Assembly: GCA_002269645.1 (NCBI GenBank)
Contig: NIVC01003379.1
Location: forward strand, 36,865 to 100,864
From: Macrostomum lignano
Lineage: Eukaryota
Direction of reading: 5' to 3'
Length of the DNA: 64,000 nucleotides
The position numbers were made by a program, and so were the translations under genes. The notes below the pieces were generated by a model. It saw nothing but the letters and a program-made list of their open reading frames with translations, was not told where the DNA came from and did not search any database. Shown in pieces: positions 1-12,090 of this stretch. The first letter of the stretch is position 1, and the number at the start of each line of letters is the position of its first letter.

Positions 1-2779
1 CACAAAATGCAAAATAAGCGAGTCAGCTTATTTAATGGAACGTAAGTCGCATTGATTGGGAACTGAAAAACACTAATTAAATGCCAAGAAAATTTTATTT
101 CAAATTAGCGACAGTAACTTATATCGGTATACAAACGAATAGTTCACATGTGCAAAAGCTTCTTAGTATATTTAACAAACATTGAAACACATGAGAAACA
201 AAAACAGATTTTTCGTGTTAATATACTTAGTTGTATGCTTTAGCTGTAACTTGTACGCCTGCGTCGTCCACGGCATCAGCGTCGTCTGCAGCACCGTCAC
301 TGTTATCCCGAAAATCGTCATCGAGCTGGCGACCTGTTGAGCGGGACTGGGACTTGTGCGGCATACGTTTGAGAATGCTGCCGAAAAATGACCTAGCAGT
401 CATGGTTTCAAGTTGCCGCTTCAAATTCTTTGAGTCGACAATTGCTCCTAAAGTTAGGAGATAGTTAGGGCGACATATAACAAATTTTTAAATTGGATCC
501 AGTTTCATGTTACTGCAGAAAGCCAGCCGCTCTAACAGAGACAATAAATAATAAATGTTGTTTACATTTTATGATTTTCATTTCGATAAAAAACAATGTC
601 GTGAAATAAAGTTTCAACTTTTTTCAAAAAATAAACAGCGCGCATGCGCACACGCTTATACATGTGAATACTCACTTGAAAAGCACTCAGCCACTGTCGA
701 TGGTAACTTGAGTTTTCCCTTCTGCCCCTCCATGCTAAATATACACAGCACTAAGGGATCCGCCATGGAGAGAAGTAGTATGTACACAGCCTGGGGCAGT
801 TTTGTTGAGCAGTCAAAATGACTATGGGAGAATTGTAGCTGCAAGAACTTAGGAGTTCAAAATTTTTAGTCCAAATTAGTTTTTAACAGAATTATTTATT
901 AGGCAAGCATTAGGCAAAGCCAAAACAAACAAGGAAAATATGTTTTCGTAGGTGCTTAGCAGCCTATATAGATAGTCTAGCAAGCTTGCCCTTTTTACAG
1001 ATACTATAGACTATAGTATAGCAGATCCAAGTCAGAACAGAATGCTCTGAATTTGCAAGTAAATTAAATGCAAAAAGGCACTTAACAATTAAGGCATAAA
1101 TTGTTGATTGTGAAATTTAGAATATAGCAGGCACAGTTGTGCAATAGTATTGCAGCAGTTACATATGAAAATGTAATATAAACTTGTCTGAGAATTTAGT
1201 ATTCTGCAACCTGCAATATCGAACATGAAGATTGAAGTTGATTTGCAAGTACAATGGCAACCTTTATATGCCATAATCTGATAATTTAACATGCTGTCAG
1301 ATGCGCAGGTTCATCTGAATTAATCTGGGGATAGATGTATCACTCCATACAATTTAGGTACAATTAAATTTAACGCGCACTTAACAAGAAGAGAAAATTA
1401 AGTAGGTCCACTTCCCAGCGAGTAGTTTTTTAATTTCGTTAATTTTTCATGCGTTTTAACAATAATGCGCGATACAAAGCAAAGTATTCTAAAATCACTT
1501 AACAATAAATTGTACAGTAATTTGATTAGGTTTTTTCTCAATTTATCAAACCGAATAAGGTGCGAAAAACGATAGGTACAAAGATTCAAATGATGTTAGC
1601 AGTTCTACCAAGCTCAACGTTTCACTGCGACGTAATTGTACGTATAATAGACGTCGCATATTTTTCCGAAATGTAAAATGCCGATTTTTAAGGTCATATT
1701 ACTTTTCTGATGTTATTCATAATGTATTACTTCATAAACAAGACAAAGTAAATGCTGCAGACCATTGGAATTTAATTTTTTCGAACTTCCCGCTTTGGGA
1801 CATTTGAGACCAAACAGTGGGACGTCCAATTGTTATACGGGTTAATAACTTTCTCGAAATTTCACTAGATTTTTAAAAGTCAAAAACATTTATATTTCCA
1901 GAAACTTCTTGAGTTAGCATCTTATCTATAACATACGCATACAAATAGTAAATACTTAATTATTACTTAACTGGTAATATTCTACTCGTATACAATTAAG
2001 TGTTTAATCGCTTTGTTAAGATGCGCTCAATCTTTCTAGAAATTTCCAGAAGACATTTAAAAATCTATAAATATACGGCGACGGGAGTGACACGAATCAC
2101 GCTCCCCTTGTTTTCTCTTCGATCTGATTTCCGTTGATAAACTACTAAATGAACCATCGCCTTGCTCTTATTCGATAACCAAATTAAAGAAAAACCTACA
2201 AATGGTCCGGTGAGGCGGATGAGCGACCTCTTTTAGAATGTGTGTGCATACGCACGCATGTTGTGCCCGCTTACCTTGCCATCATTTGCGATCAGCACCG
2301 CCGTCCCTACCAACGCCGAAACATCATAGCACAACCACTGTCTACTGCCCGCCGTCATCACTTCTCAGTGTGTCGTAGCCGTCAAATGTAATGTAAATGT
2401 AGCTGAATCGTCGTCAGCCTCCACTGTTTCCACATGCAAACGACACGATATCTCGTCGGTGACTGAACCACATTACGCCAACACGGGCTCACGAACGGCC
2501 ACCCGATCGAGTCATCCGCGCAGCTAAACATGATCTCCTGTACGTACAGCAGCATCACCCGCAGCACCGTGCAGACCGATTACTTGCAGCACAGCTGGGT
2601 CCCATCCATCGACAAACTCCATATGCAATCTACAATAACCGGCTGGCACTACTGGCGAGTCTACACATCGCAACCTTCCACGAGGTTCATTGGTAAGCCG
2701 GTGGTCAACCAGCTGGCCTAACCCGGTCGACATCCGAGAATCTTCTCGGTTCTGTTTCAGCCGCAGAGCGACTACCCGC

Positions 2780-3056
2780 CTTGATCCCTTGATCCCATCT
2801 GTGAAGAAGCACCTTCGAGGCTTTCGATTCGACAGCGTCGAGCACATCGAAGCTGCTTGCAATCAAGCTGTTCGCCAAACGGACGCGAGTGGTGTAAGTT
2901 CCGGAATCAGAGGCCTAGTGCATCGCTGGCAGAAGTGCAAAGACATTGGCGGTGAATATGTTGAGTGACAGAATCATGTTAAACAATTTAACAGTGTTTT
3001 CAAGTTCCAGTTGTTTTTTGTTCAGTTTTGTAGGGCACCGAAAAGAACTTTTTGAA
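2780..3056 (+). mobile_element. Tc1/mariner transposon 3' remnant (transposase C-terminus plus likely 3' end)
   Basis: ORF 2690-2968 ends with LIPSVKKHLRGFRFDSVEHIEAACNQAVRQ...GIRGLVHRWQKCKDIGGEYVE*, the typical mariner/SETMAR C-terminal signature (LF..LK..L.G.RF......RW.KC....G.Y.E). The catalytic core is absent. Confidence 0.7.
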
Positions 3057-3452
3057 TACGAGTAGCCTAGAAAATGAGGGGATATACCGGAGTAGACTAA
3101 AAGCCTTTGAGCGAGTAGCCTTTGATTGCGGGTGCTTTATATCTATACCTTTTTCATAAAACACTCCGGAAGAAAGAATTTTCTAGCTCGTAGAAAAAGT
3201 CGCGCTGGAATTGAAGTAACTATATTTATAATCGTATTTAGCGCGGAAATCTCAAGAATGAAATGTTCACTAAATAGATATTTCTTCGTAGTACGGTGTT
3301 TAGGGTTTGTTGCTGAAATTTCCTTATTTATTTTTATTTCAATTATTTGCTGCCAACAAAGGTTAACCAGTTCTGGCCAACAGAAAATATTTTACGGTAT
3401 ATACAGTATAGTAAGCATAATTTTAACGAGCAAACGTAAACGTAAACACGTA

Positions 3453-3600
3453 AACATGCCGGATCCCTCAGCGGTTCCGGATCAGGCGGAGGTTCCGAAT
3501 CACTCGGCAGTTCCGGATCAGGCGGAGGTGCCGGATCCATCGGCGGTTCCGGATCACACGGCGTTTCCTAATCACGCGGAGCTGCCGGATCAGTACGAAC
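3453..3600 (+). repeat. Short degenerate 18-bp tandem repeat (ccggatcc/ttccggatca modules)
   Basis: Translates as PDPSAV/PDQAEV hexapeptide repeats in ORF 3126-3686. Coding status is unknown. Confidence 0.6.
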
Positions 3601-5721
3601 TACGTGGAATGAAAATTCTGACGGCAATCGTGGTACACTTGGCCGGCCGAATTTGTACGTATGTTCTCAGTCACTTTCTTTTCTAATTTTTCTAATCTTG
3701 CTTGATGCTTCATCAGTCACCAAGTTCATGTCGTCATTTGCTCTCTAGGTTTTACGCTAGACTTGTGGAGTACCTGGTTATAGCAAAATATTTTAAATTT
3801 CTAGACTAAACTTGCTGTTTTTATGTTCAGTTTAGGGCATGTTTTTAATTTTTGCTACAAGCCAACGGGCGCAGACAGAGTGCTTGCAGTCAACGTCATA
3901 AAGACCGAGTATCATCAGACCCACTGCTTGATTTTGTTATCCAAGGTCAAAGCATGCAACCCGCGTATGCAAGAAACGCCTGTTTGCAGTTTGGTTCCTC
4001 AGAGCCTCAATAGGTGCCTTTGTGGTTGAGCAGCGCGTTCGAACTACTGCGTTATTTTCAGTCTAGCGGAGCGTCGATTTTCATGGGCAAGGACTTGAGT
4101 TGAGCGCTAAAGACTGAACGACTTCCAGGTGCTTTAACGCCTCTGTTACATGAAACACAGTCGATTGCTCGCATCGCTTTTTTCTCTAAAATCTTCCAAC
4201 CGTTTGCTTGAAGCCATAGTTTGGCGGAATTCGAGCTTTTCAAACGCTTTTCACACTTTTCATCTCGCCGTCAGTTAGGCACACAGGTTTCCAGATAAGT
4301 ACGTGTAAACTCTGAAAATTAAATATTTTTACTCAAGACAATTTGTCTATAAGCTGTTGGTATACCATATGATAAGGAAATCACTATACATGAGTTGTCT
4401 TTTTGGATAATACAGACTAGCCATAAAAGTCATAAAATTCATGGCATTCATGTCTATAAGCAGTTGTGTAGTGTGCGCACATTGCATAAATTTCTGTAGT
4501 ATGAATATCTATTAACTAGTTTTTATATATTGTTAATAACTGTTTTGCTTTATTTTACTCACGCGTTTTGAAAGTACTTTTTAGTTAGAGTTTATTATTA
4601 TTGTAAACAGGCCAGAACAACTAGATGGGTTCCAAAACAAAGTGACTCAGCGGAGGGTCGACAATTTTGCAATGTACCCTGGCTCTAAGCGGCCAGCCAA
4701 TCAGAATTGTTCTAGACCCCTGGCACGCGGCAAACCAGTTCTACCCGGCCTGAGAAGCGCGGTGGGTTCAGTGCAATCTGGATTATCGAGCGGCCAGCCA
4801 GACACCCACCACCCGGCTTGAGGGGGATTGAAGTGCCCACCACCCGGCTTGAGGGGGGGGGGGTTTGAAGTGACTATATATGAGTGTGTTTTGGCGGTCG
4901 GATCTCATCTCTTTTCTGGCTCCTCTGGTTTTTTTCATCTCCCAGCCGTTAAGCCATCTGCCGCGAGTTGAGTTTGTCACCGGCAAGCGCGGTCTAGCTG
5001 GGAACTGTCGGCTTGACGTAGTACGCGAACTCGATCCAGAGGGCCTCAGTGTTGCACTGAAGGGCAGATCTGGTAGAATTTGGCCAGAGATTCGCTGATC
5101 TGTTGAGTCGTCAGGGTCCTCGTCTGAGAGTAGGCTTTGGGAAACCCCTCGTCATTTAAAGTAATGATCACTCACATTTACTCAGACACTGAGATATAAC
5201 AGAATTGACACGGAGACACAGTAACGCTGACATTAAGACACATCAAACAGACAGTGAGACAAATCTTCTTCTATCTTGAGCTTGCAATTGTTATGCAATC
5301 GCAAATTTCAAGTTTTGTTAACTTGACTGACGGGTTATTGCTCGTTTTTTACGTAACGCCTAAACTAAAAAAGACATGACAGGACCGATACACGCATCAA
5401 GACAGACGAAGTCAAAACTGAAAATGCGATTATACGGAAGGACAGATATCCACAGTAAAAACACATCGATTGTAAAGGTGCGTGATTGATGCTGATTGTA
5501 AAGGTGCGTGATTGATGCTGATTGTAAAGAAGTGCTAAGATTATGTGCTTCAAGCTCTTAAAATAAAAAATACATGTGCCAACAAATTAATGAAACGTGA
5601 GTCTATAGAAAGGGAAAGTATTAGTAAAGTAGTCAGTCAAAGTAAAAACGCTGGAAGTAGCTCGTACAAATATATCGCGTCTTTATACCATTCGGAAATG
5701 ATTGGGCAAACAAAAACTAAA

Positions 5722-7445
5722 TTACATCAAGGCGTAAACTGCCAAATTGAGGCGACCAACACGCCTGGCAGTACAAGCATTTAGCCGACCGTCTGGTCGT
5801 CCCGTGACCCTCAGATCGTCGTAATAAACCTCTCGGCCACTGCTGGAGTGTACGGTTGCAACCCAGTGCGCACTCTCCGCGTAAAAATACGTCGAGCAGC
5901 AGAAACAATACCTAAAGTGCAATTAATTGGCCTGGCTGCAAAGAACGGAGTTTATATACATGCAGAAAAGAATTAAATTACAAAAAAAGAACGAATGCTA
6001 TATTGGCTGTTCGCCAATTCATGGCCATTATTAATTTAGTACGAAGCAAACTTAATGTACGCACAAATATACAGCAAAAAGTATATATAATGATATGTTT
6101 CTTAGTAACTTACTGAGCAGCGCTGTTCGGAAATGGAGAAATTTGTCGTTCACCCAATGAGATACACGCGGTTCTATCAACGGAATCTGGCACAGCAACA
6201 ACGAGAAGCGGCGGCAATCCATCAATGTACGTAGGTGGCAGGACATCCCGCAAGCTGCTGCAATGGCAACATTCTCGAATTCCAGCTTCTTGGAAGACAT
6301 TACACACAAAGTTGTATGGTGACTCAATTGGGCCTTGTTCATGTTGAATTACAAGCCCTGCAAAACCTTATTCTAATCGTTTATGACGACAATTATTATT
6401 AAGGCAGATGCTCCTAACCACAAAATCATGGCTGCTACCAAGTAGATCTAGAACTACGTCCAGTTCACTGCTCTCAAGATTGCCGTCAATGATGGTGCCA
6501 CCATTTCGCCGCCAACGCAAAAAGCCCTTGCGCCAGAATGATTCCGTCTGTACAATCAGTGTGGCACGAGCACGTCTAGCCTCCTGATCAGTTCGGCTAG
6601 TGGTAGCGTGCCTGCAAAAATCCGCTAGACGACGAAATTCGGGAATCTGGGACGCTGAAATAGTTTCACGGAATGTGATGCGATCTCTGTACGCAAATGA
6701 GACGCCAGTAAGGAAACCATCAGTGACATCGTCATTCTCCTGCCCATCGGAGTCAGCGGCTTCGTTAATTTGGGTTCTGTTGTGTCTCCGATTTGCTTCT
6801 GCAATTTCTTCCAGAAAGATCCGATGCAAGCCTTGCATAAACCTACTCTGCTTAGCTAAGAAATTTCTCATGGAGTTTTCGCGACCGAGATGGAGCTGGT
6901 TTTTAACCACGTGCATCCAGAGCTCGGTGTGGCCTTCAGTGAACCCTGAAGCATCACGGGAAACGCTTTGAAACTCGGCATCATCTGAGGCAGCATACCT
7001 TGCAGGATTCAGCATAATACCGCTCCACAGAGGCAGATAGGGCATTAAAACATTTGTGATTTTTCTAGCGAGACCAGGACACAAATATGGATTCGGAATT
7101 GTCATTTCGCCTTCTTCACTATGTGCAACTAGCGCTGAGCCCCTATTTTCTACATCTTTGTGCACTTCGGCTAGTTCATAAAATGGCGACGTTCGCATGA
7201 TTGTTGCATCCGGTCTTCCTTACATGAACTGTTCCGGTGGAATAAGAATTCCATCACCCAGTTGATCTGCAGCGGCAGCGTGCAGAAGAGCAAGAGACGA
7301 CTGAGCAGCTTCTAGGGTCGGGTAAAGCAGAAGCTCTAGAAAGCTTCTGTACACAGCCTGTACTTGGTGTAGACTAGTACAGCGAAGCAACGCACCGAAA
7401 AATGCTTCCATGCATTCTCGACTGACACATTAGGACAGTTTTTCA
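5722..7445 (-). pseudogene. MULE/NOF-like transposase C-terminal half fused to a USP (peptidase C19)-like domain; decayed
   Basis: ORFs 7220-7411, 6368-7198 and 6110-6307 share one frame, separated by single TAA stops. Motifs SPFYE, NPYLCP, MPYLPLWSGIML and TEGHTELWMHVVKN resemble NOF/MULE-type transposases. A GT-AG intron at 6113-5912 (phase 2) joins to exon 5911-5722, which has AHWVATV...YYDDL...AVYAL (USP His-box-like). LPPLLVVAV and Cys pairs lie upstream. Confidence 0.6.
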
Positions 7446-7799
7446 CTTCTGGCTACGAACAGAACTTTTGTACAATGTGGCTTCGGCCGAAGCCAACCAA
7501 CGTAAACTTTAGTAATTCCTGAGAGCTCAATTCAAAAGACAGAATGGCATAGCTGTTGAGCAAAGGCAGTTTTACGCCGAAATTAAAAGAAAAAAAATAA
7601 CAGACAAGAGTGGGGAAACATGGATTCATAGGTGGGACAAATTGAAGGAACAAAAATTGGGACAAAGGCAACATACGGGAAAGTGATAAACAACTATTGG
7701 AAAACAATACGCAAAAATTTCCGGGAGTTAGGGCACGTAATTATATTCATAGAAACTTAGTAAATTGAACGCAAAATTGTTAAAGTAATTACAAAAAAT

Positions 7800-7985
7800 C
7801 GAAGTGGCAACCCGACTGCCACACGGCCTACCACAGAATTTTTATAATCGAAGTGGCAACCCGACTGCCACACATCCCGCCTGCCACAAATGTTCCCGGT
7901 TGACGGTCGTTTCGTCTGCCGCCAGTTCGTCTGCCACCCTTTCGTCTGCAAGAATACGATACAGTCGTTTCGTCTGCCAACGAAT
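7800..7985. repeat. Transposon terminal/subterminal motifs (cctaccacac...ctgccacaaa block followed by tttcgtctgcc modules)
   Basis: ccacac-cccgcctgccacaaatgttcccggtt recurs at ~18815-18847, and a related block occurs at ~35880-35925. The tttcgtc modules resemble the TIR at 19194. Confidence 0.5.
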
Positions 7986-8662
7986 AGTAAAGTTTTAATA
8001 AGTGTAAGTATATGTCAGTTGTTGTCATTAATTTGAGATTTGAGATATTTGAGATAACAGTGATTAAGATATCGGGAACATTTCTTAGTAGTAATGACTT
8101 AAACGAGTAATTTCTGAATATTTTTGTTTATATTTAATAAACTAAGCAATTGGACGAATCCAATGCATTTTCGTCATGATATGGCATGACGCCATACCAT
8201 CTCTTAACCGTCTCAAAGCTTCAAAGCTCAAAAGCAATTAGTCGAGTTAGTATTATTTTACTTATTAGAATTCGTTTACTTTTTTTGGACAATACCGAAG
8301 ATTCAGTGTATTTAAATGCACAAAGTGTATAGCGGCAGCCCGTACAACAATCCGATGTCGGTCGACGTCTATCTGACCGTCCGATACCGACCAATAATAG
8401 ACGTCGGAGGACGTCCATAGCCAAAGGATACTTTACAGTACACCGACGTCGACTTCGACGTCGGATTGCGACGTTTCTGAACGTCTGAAACGGACGTACT
8501 CAGACGTTTAAATACCAGTAAGATTTGCGGCTTGTGCAAAAAAAGAACAAAAAAACATAGACTATTCACGAAAGTTTCCAAACCTTACTTACGAACGAGC
8601 AAGTGTGAAAAGAAAATGTAGAATAATAGGAGCGCAATTTTATTATAGTGATTGTTTGCAAC

Positions 8663-11195
8663 TTAATGGTGCAGTAGTTTTAAATATTCGCTATCCGCAT
8701 CAGCTTTAACTTCAGAATCACCCTGACCTCCAGCCGCAGGAACGCTAGCAGAGGACGGTTGTAACGGACGCTTGGGCTCACCGATATGCTTTAGCACATC
8801 ACCGATCACAGATGAGCATGATTGTTTGCTGCTCATTTGTCTTTTAAGCGTGTGCTTGGACACAATCGCGTCTGAAAGATTAAGGTTCATTTAAAATTAT
8901 TATTAAACGTTACAATTTAAAATTTAATCGATTCCCTTTTTTCTGTGTCTGCCTAAGTTTGCACATTTAATACAAAGTTTAGCAACGGTTACCTTCAATT
9001 GCAGCCAACATTTTCTTAGGAATCGCTTGCTTCCCTTTCCGTCCTCGTACATTAAAGGACCGCCAAACTTCAGACGGAGCAATTCGGATAAAAATGTCTT
9101 TGATTTAGCGGTGCCAATCAGTAGAGCTAGCATAGCGGGCCGTTCTTTTCTGAATGGAAACACAACAATATCCACTTATGTGACAGTGCCAAAATTATCC
9201 CCACTTAAAATCAAGCAATACTACATTGTAAATTTGTCAAAATACAAAACAGTGTACTCGAATGCACTATTTATGATCTGAGACTATTACGATACAAAAA
9301 TGTCAAGGATTTTGGTTTGTAAAGGTAATTTTAGCGAAAAATTAATTACCAGTTCCTCATAAAGAACGCTATCGTCGTCCAGGTCCTCTCCAAACTTGAT
9401 GACAGCATTAGATGTTTGAAATGGAATGCGTTTTGCCAAGACAGACTCCGCTACGCTACTACTGGATGTAGCATCTGTTATTCGCGAAGACAGGAGACTA
9501 TATAGTTCATTCTGTTTTTTTTTCAACGTCATTGATACGGAGCAGAACTTTCTGAAACCACTCTGAAAAAACAGGGTTTAGTTTGCATTTATTTTATTAA
9601 AATAAGCTAACTAGATAGTTTACAAGTTAAACCCCTCCCACCCTGCTACTATCTCCACAGCCCTCTCTAGTTTTTTACAATTTAGAAAAAAACAAACTTA
9701 ATTTTAATTGTAGCCATTTGATTGCCATTTTCTTGAATATCGCCATCAGCTAAGCTTAACGGATCATGTTGTTGGGTAGTTTCCCTCTGCTTTGTGTATT
9801 ACTTGCTACAAAGATCTCCGGGGAATCAAGGCCGGTGACACGTGAAGCTCCAGGCCGCGCAGAGTTGCCTGGTAGTGAGATCTCCGGGGAATCAAAGCCG
9901 GTGACACGTGAAGCTCCAGGCCGCGCAGAGTTGCCTGGTAGTGAGATCTCCGGGGAATCAAAGCCGGTGACACGTGAAGCTTCAGGCCGCGCAGAGTTGC
10001 CTGATAGTGAGATCTCTGGGAATCAAAGCCGGTGACACGTGAAGCTCCAGGCCGCGCAGAGTTGCCTGATAGTGAGATCTCCGGGGAATCAAAGCCGATG
10101 ACACGTGAAGCTCCAGGCCGCGCAGAGTTACGTGATAGTGAGATCTCCGGGGAATCAAAGCCGGTGACACGTGAAGCTCCAGGCCGCGCAGAGTTGCGTG
10201 ATAGTGAGATCTCCGGGGAATCAAAGCCGGTGACACGTGAAGCTCCAGGCCGCGCAGAGTTGCCTGATAGTGAGATCTCCGGGGAATCAAAGCCGATGAC
10301 ACGTGAAGCTCCAGGCCGCGCAGAGTTGCCTGATAGTGAGATCTCCGGAGAATCAAAGCCGGTGACACGTGAAGCTCCAGGCCGCGCAGAGTTGCCTGAT
10401 AGTGAGATCTCCTGGGAATCAAGGTCGGTGTCACGTGAGGCTCCAGGCCGCGCAGAGTTGCCTGATTGAGAGACCGCTGGAGATCTCAACTCTTCAGAAC
10501 AAGGGGCGACGATTTTCGCTCTCTGATCAGCGGCTGAAAAAAACGGGCCCATTGCAAAAATTATGCTTCAGAAAAGTGAACGATAGGTGAACGGTATGCA
10601 CAAAAATTAAATAGAATGTAAATGAAATCTAAATAGACAAACCGAGTTGCAATTTAAAATATCGCCATAGCTTAACAGAGTGGATCCCATTTCTGAAGAC
10701 GGTCGAACAACAGAATCCGAATTGGCTTTGTTAGGCTTCTTTTTCTTAGCTGGAGGTTGATATTCTTCAGCAAGTCGAATAGGACACCCGCGACGTCGAT
10801 TGCGTGTGTCACTTTCACTCTCGCTGAGAGATCCGATTCGAGCAAACTTTTTCTCTAGATGCCGCAGCTTGTCAAGGTCATCTAAAAGTAAAATCAGTAG
10901 ACTTTATTTTAGTGCAGCATCATAGGTTAAAAATATCGTTAGAGTTAGAAAAACAAATTAAATATTCGTAGAAAAGCATATTAGACAGTTAATTACCATC
11001 GGCAAGAAGCGCACTAATTTTAAATCTATCCCAATCAGAACTGGGTTGCACACCGTCGCGGCAGAAGTCGTAAAGCTTTTTATACAAGTGTCGAGGGGGG
11101 AAAAATGCGCTGCCTTCACAGATCCAAGATGTTGGCACAATGGCAGTAGGCTCGCCTTCTTCTTCGCAAAACTCGACGAGAGAAAACATCTGCAA
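8663..11195 (-). CDS. Multi-exon accessory gene of the EnSpm-type element: N-terminal F..VEF...IVP..W motif, Ser/acidic linker with 66-bp repeat, C-terminal DUF4806-like domain
   Basis: Exon-like ORFs 10989-11195 (FSLVEFCEEEGEPTAIVPTSWI), ~10700-10900 (LDDLDKLRHLEKKF...PPAKKKK), 9287-9532, 8924-9175 (LMYEDGKGSKRFLRKCWL) and 8663-8890. A 1-bp indel lies in the repeat near 10018. Confidence 0.55.
9788..10466. repeat. 66-bp minisatellite, ~10 copies
   Basis: Unit ctccggggaatcaaagccggtgacacgtgaagctccaggccgcgcagagttgcctgatagtgagat, giving a 22-aa period in the ORF track. Confidence 0.95.
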
Positions 11196-11275
11196 TTTTT
11201 TTTATTTTGTGTTATATTAAAATATATCAAAATAAATTATTAATTCAATAACTATAGAGCAAATGTAAGAGAATT

Positions 11276-12090
11276 TTAAAAAATGGTTTTCCATAAAGTA
11301 TGCAGCAAAGTACATGGATAGTAATCAGAGGTTTTCCTTGGTACAACGAACAGCTTGGACTTCACACGGCTAAAGTCAGAAATTTTAATACCTCTTTGCA
11401 AACTAGACAGCCGATAAATGCCTACTTTTGATGATTCAAAAGGCAGATGGTAAAAACTTTCACAAACTGAGAATTGGCGATAGACAAGCAGGGTTTCACA
11501 GCGTGCTGAATTATGAAGAATGTTTACTAGCTTACATGCTTTAGGCTTGCCAGCTTTATTATTGATAACAAAAAATGAATCGCATTGCCTGAGCAATAAA
11601 TTTATATTGATTGTAAGTCTGACTTGTCTAAACATGGAATAATCCCTGCAGAATTCAGGCAAATCATTGGATCGATAATAATGTTGACTTGACACAATAG
11701 GAAAAACTGGAGTCTCAATAATTAGCCTGCCAAGACATGGATCTGTTTCTGATAGCCTATTTGCAAGTTGCTCTAAAGGCAGATGTGGCGATCTCACAGC
11801 TTTTTTAATGTATCGGTTAAAATTTTCAAACATAAATGATGAGAATTTTTCAACAGTTCCATGGAGTTTATAGTCCTCTATTAGGTGCTGTAAGCCATGA
11901 ACAACTGGACTATAAAAGCTTATCCCAAAGAGATCATTGACACAAGAGTAAAAATCGTGTAGAACCTGGTCTAAGATAAGATCTTGATTTCCAAAAAAAA
12001 TATTTGTGTTGAGCAATACAGAAATCAAATGCAGACATAAAAACATATCCATTAAACGTGGCTTGTCGGCTGGAATAAAACTAAAACTAA
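11276..12090 (-). pseudogene. EnSpm-type transposase, C-terminal fragment
   Basis: VHGLQHL, GTVEKFSSFMFENFNRYIKKAVRSPHLPLEQLANRL match the YN.H.L.HL and F.FEN motifs of ORF 22680-24779. The N-terminal part is replaced by Gypsy sequence at ~12090. Confidence 0.8.

Larger units (their letters stand above)
8339..12090 (-). mobile_element. EnSpm/CACTA-type DNA transposon, 5'-truncated (transposase C-terminus plus spliced DUF4806-type accessory gene)
   Basis: gacgtc-rich subterminal region at 8340-8510. Same gene order and strand as the intact element at 19416-26204. Confidence 0.65.

Noticed and set aside
227-464. Short acidic ORF 227-424 as a gene or transposase end
   Set aside because: No recognisable motif and no supporting exon structure within the window.
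2290-2720. GC-rich segment as a LINE/Penelope fragment
   Set aside because: No frame gave a motif I could identify with confidence.
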